A program made the position numbers and the translations under genes. Shown one piece after another: positions 17,254 through 25,524 of a DNA stretch of 26,890 bases. Below the pieces are notes generated by a model, which did not search any database, was not told the DNA's origin, and saw only the letters and a program-made list of their open reading frames with translations. Source of the DNA: a virus (lineage: Duplodnaviria; Caudoviricetes); the IMG/VR virus record IMGVR_UViG_3300036778_000027, positions 1 to 26,890 of that record; one strand, written 5' to 3'. Numbering within the stretch: the first letter of the stretch is position 1; each line of letters starts with the position of its first letter.

Positions 17254-18945
17254 TCACCCGACCTCCGGCGTGAGGTGCCAGGGATGGCCGCCCAGGTTGG
17301 CGATCGGGTTGCTGCTGGACCACGTTTCCACGTCCGGCGTGACCACCACGTCGTTCAGGCAAAGCTGGATCACCTGATTCGCCGTGTCGATCGACAGCAT
17401 CACGGAGACCCACCCGGACCAAGCGCTGGTGTCGTACTGCAGGAGCACCACGGCAGCGTTCGAGGCGTCCCAGCCACGCACCTCGATTTGCGGCGTGGCC
17501 GTGTCATCGTTGGACACGCGCACGAACAGGCCAGGGTTGTGCGAGCCGAGCGTGTTGTCGTCCTGGTTTGACCAGATAAGCGATTGCGGATCGCCGCCAT
17601 CTGGCAGGAACACCCAAAACGACAGCAGCATCGTGGTCATGTCGGCAGGAGCCGTGCTCAGTTCGCCGGCGCTGGAGATCGCGTCAGCACCCGCCATCTC
17701 GATCGGGTTAGCGCAGTAGCTCACATCGACGCCGCCGATCGCACCGGGCAGACCGACGCCCGATTCCACCTCGATTTCGAAGCGGTTCAGGAACACCCGC
17801 TTCCGGTCACTGTGGATAGGCGGCCCCACCAGCATGCCGCGCATGGGTTGGCCGAAATCCACATAGCTGTTGACGTTGAGCTGATCGACGCGGCCCGAGA
17901 GGCTGTCCCCGATCAGGATGCGATCGTAGGCATAGATCGCGCAGTTGCCGCGGTAGCGGCCGATCGACGCATCGGCGCTGGAGCCGTCCCAGCTTTCGCG
18001 CTCGTGCCAGCGCTTGGTTGCCAGGTCCAGCACCCACGTCGCGTGCCCCGAGGGGAACGTGAGCGTCACCATCTTGTGGCCGAAGACCGTGTAAACCATG
18101 GCCTTACAATCGGTCATGGTCGGATAGCGCTGCCAGATTTGCTCGACCGCGTGATTGCTCATCCGCTCTGGCACGAAGCCAGAGAGCCGATAAAACATGC
18201 CATCGTCGCCGAGAAAGAAGACCGTGTTGTCTTCGAGCACCGTGGCATAGGGCGCGATCAGCCCGCGCTGGACGATCGCACCATCGGAGCGCTGGAACGG
18301 GAAGGTCGGAGGCGCGTTGCCAGCGTCATACCAGACCTCAGTTCGCCGCTCGCCGAACAGGTAGAGTTGCTCGTGCGTGTTGACGATCGTCAGCAGGTTG
18401 TCGCTGGTGGCCTCCTTCGTCGCTGACAGCAACGGATCGAACGGGATGATTGCGTTCTGCGGCGACAGGTAGAACTCGCGTGTGCCCCGCTTGCCGAAGC
18501 AGAAATACGTGTCGAAGAAGGTGACGGAAAACGAGGGGAAGAAATTCGGATCGACTATCTGCTGGACGCCCGAATCCTGCGACCAGTACCAGCCGACCTG
18601 CCCATCCACCCAGACGATCTGGATGCCGTTGTTATCGACCGAGATGCCGGACGTGGAAACGTTGGCCGTGCCCAGGTTGATCGTGCCGCCGTCCGGGTTG
18701 ATCTGCCAGAAGGCGTCCGCCGTGATCCCGTAAAGCTGGCCGTCCAGGATGTTGAAGCCCATCACTGGGCTGCTGCCGAGCGTGCAGAATGGCGAGGAGC
18801 CAGGGCAGCCCCACACCGGCACCGGGGTGGACGATTTCGCGTCCTGCACCTCGATTTCGGCGAACATGTTCACAGCGCGGCTGGAGTTTGCCGGCTTCGA
18901 ATAGGACTGATAGCTCTGGGCGATCCAATCGAGCACTTGCGGCAT
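17254..18945 (-). CDS. Tail hub part A: P22 gp10-like packaged DNA stabilization protein (N-terminal about 400 aa) plus N-part of ConA-like domain
   Basis: SYQSYS..SRAVNMF, DNNGIQIVWVDG, VTFFDTYF, LFGERRTEVWYDAG..FPFQRSDG, TWVLDLATKRWHER, FEIEVESGVG. Confidence 0.9.
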   Translation of the reverse strand: MPQVLDWIAQSYQSYSKPANSSRAVNMFAEIEVQDAKSSTPVPVWGCPGSSPFCTLGSSPVMGFNILDGQLYGITADAFWQINPDGGTINLGTANVSTSGISVDNNGIQIVWVDGQVGWYWSQDSGVQQIVDPNFFPSFSVTFFDTYFCFGKRGTREFYLSPQNAIIPFDPLLSATKEATSDNLLTIVNTHEQLYLFGERRTEVWYDAGNAPPTFPFQRSDGAIVQRGLIAPYATVLEDNTVFFLGDDGMFYRLSGFVPERMSNHAVEQIWQRYPTMTDCKAMVYTVFGHKMVTLTFPSGHATWVLDLATKRWHERESWDGSSADASIGRYRGNCAIYAYDRILIGDSLSGRVDQLNVNSYVDFGQPMRGMLVGPPIHSDRKRVFLNRFEIEVESGVGLPGAIGGVDVSYCANPIEMAGADAISSAGELSTAPADMTTMLLSFWVFLPDGGDPQSLIWSNQDDNTLGSHNPGLFVRVSNDDTATPQIEVRGWDASNAAVVLLQYDTSAWSGWVSVMLSIDTANQVIQLCLNDVVVTPDVETWSSSNPIANLGGHPWHLTPEVG

Positions 18946-18979
18946 GATGGTCCGCCTATATCACGAGGAGACACGACGC

Positions 18980-19282
18980 ATGGACGAAGCGACGCTGGAG
19001 AAAGAGATCATCGGCCGCGGACTGACCGCACCGCGCCTGACACCCGACCACATCGACAGCGTGATCGACGTGGCGCATTACCACGTGATCGACGGGACCA
19101 CCTGCACCGTGTGCGCGCTTGTTCTGGTCAATGGCTTCGTGGTGATCGGCAAAAGCGCTGCCGCGAGCATTGAGAACTTCGACAAGGAGCTTGGCCAGCG
19201 GATCGCGTTCGACGATGCGCGCCGGCAGATTTGGGCACTGGAGGGATACCTGCTTCGCGAAAAGCTGGCGCAAGGCGCCTAG
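18980..19282 (+). CDS. Phage Gp49-family protein (N4 gp49/Sf6 gp66-like)
   Basis: GAGGAG RBS; APRLTPDHID, TVCALVLVNGFVVIGKSAAASIENFDKELGQRIA...IWALEGYLLREKL. Confidence 0.9.
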   Translation: MDEATLEKEIIGRGLTAPRLTPDHIDSVIDVAHYHVIDGTTCTVCALVLVNGFVVIGKSAAASIENFDKELGQRIAFDDARRQIWALEGYLLREKLAQGA

Positions 19283-19816
19283 ATGGCGGAGCGCTGGCGC
19301 GCTGCACACGGCTTCCCGGCTTACGAGGTGTCCAACCTCGGCCGGGTGCGCCGGGCCGCACGCGAGGGAACCAAGCGCCACCTCCCGGCCAAGATCATGA
19401 GGCCGGCCGGCAGACACTACCTGCACCTGGACCTCCGAGACACAGCAGGAATCAAGCGCACCGTCGATGTGCACCGGTTGGTTCTTGAAGCATTCCGCGG
19501 CCCACGGCCGCCCGGGCGCGTCAGCAACCACCGAGACGGCAATAAGAAGAACAATCGAGTGGGCAATCTGGAATGGATCACGCGATCCGGGAATGCCCAG
19601 CATGCGCTTCAAGTGCTGGGTTTCCAGCCCCGCCACGGCGATGAACACCCACACGTGCGCCACAGCGATGCGGATGTTGCCAAGGCCCGAGAGATGCGCC
19701 GCCAGGGCGCGCTGATACGCGAGATCGCTGAACGCTTTGGAACCAGCACCGGTTGGGCAAGTGACGTTGTGAACCACCGGTCGCGTCGCGGCGCTCAGTC
19801 GCGGGCCGAAGGGTAA
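19283..19816 (+). CDS. NUMOD4-HNH homing endonuclease with C-terminal HTH
   Basis: WRAAHGFPAYEVSNLGRVR (NUMOD4); VHRLVLEAF...NHRDGNKKNNRVGNLEWITRSGNAQHA (HNH); IREIAERFGTS (HTH). Confidence 0.92.
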   Translation: MAERWRAAHGFPAYEVSNLGRVRRAAREGTKRHLPAKIMRPAGRHYLHLDLRDTAGIKRTVDVHRLVLEAFRGPRPPGRVSNHRDGNKKNNRVGNLEWITRSGNAQHALQVLGFQPRHGDEHPHVRHSDADVAKAREMRRQGALIREIAERFGTSTGWASDVVNHRSRRGAQSRAEG

Positions 19817-21474
19817 TTCGACAGCCCGATGTAGATTGACTGAGGCTCACGATCCCAGTTCTGGGCCAGCATCAGCCGCTCTGCCGCACCCGCGGCCAGG
19901 GCGCTTATGTCCCAGTCCGCCTTGGGCATCTGCGCCCGCTTGTCCACGTACTCGGGCCACATCTCGACTGCGAGGTTCCACACCAGCGCCTGCGTCCATT
20001 CGGCCGGGAAGTCCTGCACTGAATCGAGGGTTTCGAACGTGTTCAGCGGGCGCTGCAAGGTGAACTCGACCGCACGGCTGTTGTTCGACGGTGCGGGCCA
20101 CACGTGCATGATCGCGGTCAGGTAGGGCGTCTGCCCGGAGCGCGGATCGAAATAGAAGGCCGTGGTCACGCCGGGCGTGGTGGGGTTGGGCAGCGCGTTG
20201 TAATCGAGCCGCGAATAGACCTGCATCGGCGTCTTGATCGGCTGGCCACCGGGAGGCGCGAACAGGTAGCTACGCGTCGCCGGCACCCGCAGCGGGCGGT
20301 TCAGCGCCGTGGTGTAGCCGACCACCTGCCCGAGCGCTGCGGCCGGCCCGGTCAGGGCAGCCGCCAGCGTGATCGTGCTGCCGGTCGGCGTGCCTGACAC
20401 CGTGGTCCAGAACGTGGTGCCACCCGTCAGCCACACCCCGATCTGATCGCCATCGTCGAAGCCGACAATCGACTGCACCGTGATCGACGTATCGCCTTGG
20501 GCGGCGTTCGAGGCGAGGAGCGTGAGCACCCAATCGCTGGAGAGCGTCGCGTGATCGGGCGACGTGGCGCCAAGCTGGTACTCGATCTGATTGGGTTGCA
20601 GGAACAGCATCGCTTCCTGCTGCGCCCACACGTGTATCTGCATCGCCTGCCACGCCTGCACCATTTGGTTCAGCGCATAGAAGGCGTTGAGCACCTGCCC
20701 GTATTTCGGGATTTCCTGCCCGGAGACACCGCCGCACAGCCGCAGCGCGCGGGCGATGATCTGGAACACCGGCTGCGGGAACGGATACGTCGTGGTGCCC
20801 TGCGCCTCGACATCCCATTCCTGAACGATCTTCAGCTTATCGTCGGCGAGCGTCTTGATCGTCTCGAAGCGATCTTTGGTCAGGCCGTATTCGGGCGCCA
20901 TCTCGACCGCCAGCGCGAAGCGAAGCGCGCTCGACCACTCGATCGGCAGGTCAGCCGTATCGCCTTGGCTTACGAAGTCCTGCAACGGTCGCTGCACGGT
21001 CGCGCGGAGCACCTGTGAGGTATCGACCGGCGCCGGATAGACATAGAGCGAGCCGAACGGAATTTGCGGATCGTAGAAGAAATTGCGCGGCGGCCCTGGC
21101 GTCGCGGTGTTCGGCACATTGGCGAAGTCCAGTCGCGACATCGGCACGAGCGGCGTCTGCTCGCCCGTCAGGTTCGAGACCAGCTTTGCCTCGGACATCC
21201 GCAGCGGACGCACCACCTCGGTGCCACCGGAGCCGATGCCGATCACGTACTGCACTTGCGTGGCCACCAGCGCGACCTCGATCGTCTCTTGCGTCCACAC
21301 GTGCAGGCCGTTGACCTGCCACGCCTTCACCAGTGCGTTGAGAGCCAGCAGCGCGTCAGCATACTCATCCGCCGGCGGGGTTTCACCGCTTTCGATCGCG
21401 CCGCAAATGCGCAGCGCGCCGCAGATAATCTGGAACGTATTCGGGTTGAACTCATAGACGCCGCTGCTGGCCAT
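19795..21474 (-). CDS. Head-tail adaptor, P22 gp4-like, tandemly duplicated
   Basis: Two complete copies of FQII..ALR.CG / ALN..V.AWQ...HVW / RPLR / SRLD / PAP / QRPL / EW..AL...LAVEM.PEY / WD.E. Confidence 0.85.
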   Translation of the reverse strand: MASSGVYEFNPNTFQIICGALRICGAIESGETPPADEYADALLALNALVKAWQVNGLHVWTQETIEVALVATQVQYVIGIGSGGTEVVRPLRMSEAKLVSNLTGEQTPLVPMSRLDFANVPNTATPGPPRNFFYDPQIPFGSLYVYPAPVDTSQVLRATVQRPLQDFVSQGDTADLPIEWSSALRFALAVEMAPEYGLTKDRFETIKTLADDKLKIVQEWDVEAQGTTTYPFPQPVFQIIARALRLCGGVSGQEIPKYGQVLNAFYALNQMVQAWQAMQIHVWAQQEAMLFLQPNQIEYQLGATSPDHATLSSDWVLTLLASNAAQGDTSITVQSIVGFDDGDQIGVWLTGGTTFWTTVSGTPTGSTITLAAALTGPAAALGQVVGYTTALNRPLRVPATRSYLFAPPGGQPIKTPMQVYSRLDYNALPNPTTPGVTTAFYFDPRSGQTPYLTAIMHVWPAPSNNSRAVEFTLQRPLNTFETLDSVQDFPAEWTQALVWNLAVEMWPEYVDKRAQMPKADWDISALAAGAAERLMLAQNWDREPQSIYIGLSNYPSARD

Positions 21475-21483
21475 TTCGATCCG

Positions 21484-21885
21484 CTATGCCGAGACGATGC
21501 TGAACCAGACCGCCGCGTCCTGAAGGTAGCCCATATACACGAACAGGATGGTCTGCCCGGGCACGACGTGCAGCGGATCGCCGGCGCTCGCCACACCCGG
21601 CAAGCCCACGCCACTGATTCTCACCGATGGACCGTTGCCGCTGCCGTCGCTGGGATAGATATCGCCCTCGTGCTCGCCGAGTATCCAGAGGAGCACTTCG
21701 TCGCCCTGATAGACGGTAGGGCCGCACCACTCATACGGATTTGGCAATGCGGCGCTCAGGTCATCGTCGGCGAACGTCAGCGTGTACATGTTGCGAGGAG
21801 CCACCCGAGGCAGGCTCACCCTGCCGGCAGTGACCGTGAAGTCGGAGACGCCAGTCGCGAGACCCTGACCGGTTCCGTAGATCAT
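21484..21885 (-). CDS. Hypothetical virion-associated protein
   Basis: GGAGG RBS; beta-rich, 133 aa; lies downstream of the fibre gene. Confidence 0.65.
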   Translation of the reverse strand: MIYGTGQGLATGVSDFTVTAGRVSLPRVAPRNMYTLTFADDDLSAALPNPYEWCGPTVYQGDEVLLWILGEHEGDIYPSDGSGNGPSVRISGVGLPGVASAGDPLHVVPGQTILFVYMGYLQDAAVWFSIVSA

Positions 21886-21894
21886 TGCAGCCTC

Positions 21895-24129
21895 CTATCG
21901 CCAGCCACTCAGACCGAGTTGGGTTGAGTTGCCCCCGGTCGTGGCAAGGGTTGTACCCACGGCGATCGTAGCGGAGGCTGCGCTGACAAGCGTGTTACCG
22001 TTGGAGAGGCTCTCCGTCAGGATGACGCCGTTCACGTTCGGCACGTTGATCGCGAAAGTGCCGGTTTGGTCAGTGCGGCCGACCATGACCGCATAGATAG
22101 TCCCCGGCTGCATGGTGACCGGTGGACTGAACGAAAAGCCCGGCATGTACTGCGCGCCCTGCGACACGCCCGTGATGATTGCCGAGAGATGCGCGACAGA
22201 GACCGTCCCGCCATTGCTGCCATTGAACTCGCTGATCGCAGCTTGATAGGTGCCAGCCGACGCCATGTTGGACAGCGGCACGAAGACCTCAGTAATCGCG
22301 ACCGTATCCACGGCAGTGAAGACGCCGCCGCGCCAAGCGGTCGCGATCGAATTGGTGCTGCCAAGCGCGTTGTTCCAAATCGTCGTCCGGATTGGCTGCT
22401 TCGCCGCGATCGTGCCGGTGTTGATGCTGATGCCCGTGCCAGCAACCAGATTGGCACCGGTCGCCGACAGCGTGCCGCCCGTGGTCAGTGTCAGCCCGGA
22501 ACCGATCGCCACATCGGTCGGCGTGGCAGCCGCAGTGCCCGGGTTGCCCATGATCGTGCTGGCCGTGCGCGTCGCCAGCGCCACAGTGCCCGAGGTGGTG
22601 ATCGTGCCGCCGGAGAGGCCGGTGCCCGCGACGATGGTCCCGATGCCGCCCGTCGCGTTCAGCGTGCCAGAGGTGACCGACAGGTTCGTGCCGATAGCGG
22701 AGAACGGCGTGCTGGCGCCGACCGCCAGCGTGCCCATCAGCGCCCGGCCGTTGACCTGTAGGAAGCTGGTCCCGTCGTCGCTGGCCGTGTTGATCAGCAC
22801 CCGACCGCTGTCCAGCAGCGACACCGCCGTGATCTGAGTCAGGCCGCCCGCCGGCGTGACCAGCAAATCGAGACGCGTGCCCGCTACCAAGCTGGTCCAG
22901 TTCTCGATCGCGACCGCTTGCACGAAGGCCGAAAGCTGGACGTGATAGGGCGAAACTACCGTGTTGAAGCCGCCCATCGCGAGGCCGCCGAGCACATCGC
23001 CGCTTGCGGTCGGGAGCGAGCCGCTTTGCGTGGTGGCGCTCTGCCGCACAGCCGCGTGGTACGCAGCAGCCCGGTGCGAGATGACCTGGTTGTACACCGG
23101 GAAGGTGTCCAGCCCGTAGATCATCATCGCCGAGCCGCCCGGCGTCTGGAAATTCAGGTTAGGCGAGAATGTCGCGGTGCCACCGCTGCTGGTTGAGAGG
23201 ACCGTGGCAGGCGCCGTCCCTGTGACGGTCGTGCCGGTCTGTGTGACCTGGATCGTCGGCCCCTGCTTGAACCCGAGCGTGCCGCTGCTGACCAAGAATG
23301 CGTTGGCATTGATCGCGGTCACCGAGCCAGTGACGCGCCAGTTCGGCGTCAGCGTGCCCGTAACGAGCGAGATGCCGGCGCTCAGCGGGATATCGGACGG
23401 AGCCGCAGCAGTCGTCCCCGGGTTGCCCATCAGCGTGAGCGTGCCCCGGTTGTCCAGCAGGATGGTGCCCGTGCCCGTGATAGGGCCGCCCGTGAGGCCC
23501 GTCCCGGTATCGACCTCCGTCACAGTGCCGCCGGAGCCAGAGGCTGTCAGCGTGCCAGCGGTGGACAGCGACAGGCCCGATCCGATCGTTATGTCGGACG
23601 GGATGGCCGCCACCGTGCCGGGATTGCCCATCAGGGTCGAAGCGCCGCGGGTATCCAGGCTGATCGTGCCGGCGTTGGTGATCGGGCCGCCTGTGATGCC
23701 GGACGCCGTGGAGACCTTGGTGACAGTGCCCCCGGAGCCGCCGGCCGTCAGGGTGCCGCTGGTAAGCGTCAGGCCGGTGCCGATGGCGGCCACCGTGCCG
23801 CCGCGCCAGTCCGCCGACAGGACGCTGCCAGTGACGCCCAGGCCGGTCCCGACCGTGGCGATCTTGTTCGCTTGCCAGTTGGCCGAGACGGTGCCCGAAA
23901 CCAGCGTCAGGCCGCCCCCGAGATCAGTGACCGGTCCCGCCTGCCAGTCCGCAGTGACCGTGCCAGCGTTCAGGTCCAGGCCGGCACCGGCCACGCGCGC
24001 GACGATCGTGCCATCCGAGTCCGAGCCGAGCAGGTCGGCGCTGTCTGGAATGGTGATCGCGCCGAAGGCTGCGTTCAGCGCCTCAGCAGTGAGCGTCGTG
24101 TTGGGCTGGAAAGGACCATCGTCCGGCAT
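21895..24129 (-). CDS. Gly/Thr-rich repeat fibre protein
   Basis: FQPNTTLTAEALNAAF N-terminal anchor; 23-aa W..G.V...GL repeats; about 66-aa GGPIT..GTI...LMGNPGT repeats; beta-rich C-terminal domain. Confidence 0.8.
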   Translation of the reverse strand: MPDDGPFQPNTTLTAEALNAAFGAITIPDSADLLGSDSDGTIVARVAGAGLDLNAGTVTADWQAGPVTDLGGGLTLVSGTVSANWQANKIATVGTGLGVTGSVLSADWRGGTVAAIGTGLTLTSGTLTAGGSGGTVTKVSTASGITGGPITNAGTISLDTRGASTLMGNPGTVAAIPSDITIGSGLSLSTAGTLTASGSGGTVTEVDTGTGLTGGPITGTGTILLDNRGTLTLMGNPGTTAAAPSDIPLSAGISLVTGTLTPNWRVTGSVTAINANAFLVSSGTLGFKQGPTIQVTQTGTTVTGTAPATVLSTSSGGTATFSPNLNFQTPGGSAMMIYGLDTFPVYNQVISHRAAAYHAAVRQSATTQSGSLPTASGDVLGGLAMGGFNTVVSPYHVQLSAFVQAVAIENWTSLVAGTRLDLLVTPAGGLTQITAVSLLDSGRVLINTASDDGTSFLQVNGRALMGTLAVGASTPFSAIGTNLSVTSGTLNATGGIGTIVAGTGLSGGTITTSGTVALATRTASTIMGNPGTAAATPTDVAIGSGLTLTTGGTLSATGANLVAGTGISINTGTIAAKQPIRTTIWNNALGSTNSIATAWRGGVFTAVDTVAITEVFVPLSNMASAGTYQAAISEFNGSNGGTVSVAHLSAIITGVSQGAQYMPGFSFSPPVTMQPGTIYAVMVGRTDQTGTFAINVPNVNGVILTESLSNGNTLVSAASATIAVGTTLATTGGNSTQLGLSGWR

Positions 24130-24132
24130 GTC

Positions 24133-24669
24133 TCAGCCCAGCACGTTGAAATTGAGAATGTCCGAACCGGGCTGATTCAGGATGAAAATCTGGTCAGCAC
24201 CGGGCGAGAGCGCCAGCACCATGTTCTCGATCGGATCGCCGTAAAGCGTGCCGACCGAATATGGCAGCGGCTGCGGCAGCGTGATGTCATTGCCCACGAT
24301 GGCAGAGATGGACGTAACGAAATTCACCCCGCTGTCCAGCATGATCTGAATGCGCTGCGCCACCACGAAGCCGCCGGCATTGGCCACCGTGATGACCGTA
24401 TCGCCGCGGGCCGAAGGGGCAGCCACCTCCGTCCCGAGCACCGTGAAGCGGTTCGGCTGGCGCGGCCGAGGCACCGGGACCGACTGGTCATCCGGGATGC
24501 CACGCACGAAGTCCTGCGGCTGCTGTGGCTCCCAGCGCTCCGGTGCCACGATCGCGTTGCCGGTCTGCCCGCCAGGGATGCGGCGCGAGCGCTTCGCCCG
24601 GATTTTGAAACCCGAGATATCATCGAGCTGGTAGTAGTCACCGCCGACGTAGTGGCGATCGTCTGCCAT
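24133..24669 (-). CDS. Conserved podoviral neck/head protein with added beta-domain
   Basis: DDISGFKIRA...WEPQQPQDFVRG.PDDQSVPVPRP family motif; GGAGG RBS. Confidence 0.7.
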   Translation of the reverse strand: MADDRHYVGGDYYQLDDISGFKIRAKRSRRIPGGQTGNAIVAPERWEPQQPQDFVRGIPDDQSVPVPRPRQPNRFTVLGTEVAAPSARGDTVITVANAGGFVVAQRIQIMLDSGVNFVTSISAIVGNDITLPQPLPYSVGTLYGDPIENMVLALSPGADQIFILNQPGSDILNFNVLG

Positions 24670-24680
24670 GGCGCCTCCCT

Positions 24681-25127
24681 TCAGTTCTGCGGGATGCCCT
24701 TGGTCATGTAGAGGATCACCGTGTAGCTCGACATTTCGGTGCCAGCGCCGGCGCCCACCGTGGTGAAATTGATGCTGCCGGTGGCGCCCGTGGTCATCGG
24801 GTTGACGAGGCCCTGGAACCCAGCCCGATCATCCAGGAACCAGAAGGGTCCGGCACCCGCACCGGACGCCACGAAGGCATCCACGTCCACCGTCGCATCC
24901 CACTGGATACGCAGGATCAGGTTGTGAACGTCATAGACGAGATCGACGATTTTGAGGTGCGTCTGCGGATAGAAGGTCTGGCCCTGCACCGAGACGCCAA
25001 GATTGCCGGACGACGTGGCATCGACCTTGGTGACCGCGGTTTCGTCCGTGTCGCCGAACAGCGTGAACTTGGCCACCACGCGGCGCGGGCCGTTTTCCAG
25101 AAACTGCGAGGTGACGACGGAAGCCAC
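24681..25127 (-). CDS. Conserved virion structural protein
   Basis: VTSQFLENGPRRVVAKFT...ETAVTKVD...GATGSINFTT...YTVILYMTK, typical of genes downstream of this capsid type. Confidence 0.75.
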   Translation of the reverse strand: MASVVTSQFLENGPRRVVAKFTLFGDTDETAVTKVDATSSGNLGVSVQGQTFYPQTHLKIVDLVYDVHNLILRIQWDATVDVDAFVASGAGAGPFWFLDDRAGFQGLVNPMTTGATGSINFTTVGAGAGTEMSSYTVILYMTKGIPQN

Positions 25128-25134
25128 GCCGGGC

Positions 25135-25521
25135 TTATCCCTTCAGGATCGCGAGCTTGTAGACCTGAGCCGCAGTCGGCGTGACAGCCACCGTGGACGA
25201 ATTCATGAAGTTCAGGCCGACCGTCCCCGCCGAGGCGACGCGCGCGCCGACCACGCCGATGCCAGCCTGCACGGTTGGCTTGGTGACGGACAGGATGGTG
25301 TCCGCGGTGCCCAGGTTGGCGATGGCGAAAGTCTGCTCCGCCGACGTGCTGGCAGCGACCTGTGCGGGCGTAAGCGTGGCGTTCTGCACCACGATCGCGC
25401 CCGCCACCACGGTGCCATTGATCGACAGCACGTCTGCCTCGACCGTCCCGGCATTGACCAGGACGGCATCCAACTCGACCCCGGCATCGACGCCGTTGGG
25501 AAACTTCGTCAGCCCCGCCAT
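25135..25521 (-). CDS. Capsid-associated structural protein
   Basis: LTKFPNGV N-motif; LTPAQVAASTSAEQTFAI beta-domain; immediately follows the MCP gene. Confidence 0.7.
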   Translation of the reverse strand: MAGLTKFPNGVDAGVELDAVLVNAGTVEADVLSINGTVVAGAIVVQNATLTPAQVAASTSAEQTFAIANLGTADTILSVTKPTVQAGIGVVGARVASAGTVGLNFMNSSTVAVTPTAAQVYKLAILKG

Positions 25522-25524
25522 GGG

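Noticed and set aside
17240-17270. gp10 pseudogene caused by frameshift
   Set aside because: Clean stop, SD and ATG at a domain boundary with both parts intact; a sequencing error is not fully excluded without reads.
16330-17745. Split intein or intron as the explanation for the gp10 insertion
   Set aside because: No Hint-domain blocks or terminal HN-C/S/T; the insert reads as lectin/SPRY-like coding sequence throughout.
18936-18961. CTTGCG...CTATAT sigma70-like promoter for the Gp49 cassette
   Set aside because: Spacer is only 14 bp, versus about 17 expected.
5118-24711. Many long plus-strand and alternative-frame ORFs over the late genes
   Set aside because: Shadow ORFs expected in high-GC DNA; no motifs, and they overlap well-supported genes. 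Only 18980-19816 is accepted on the plus strand here.
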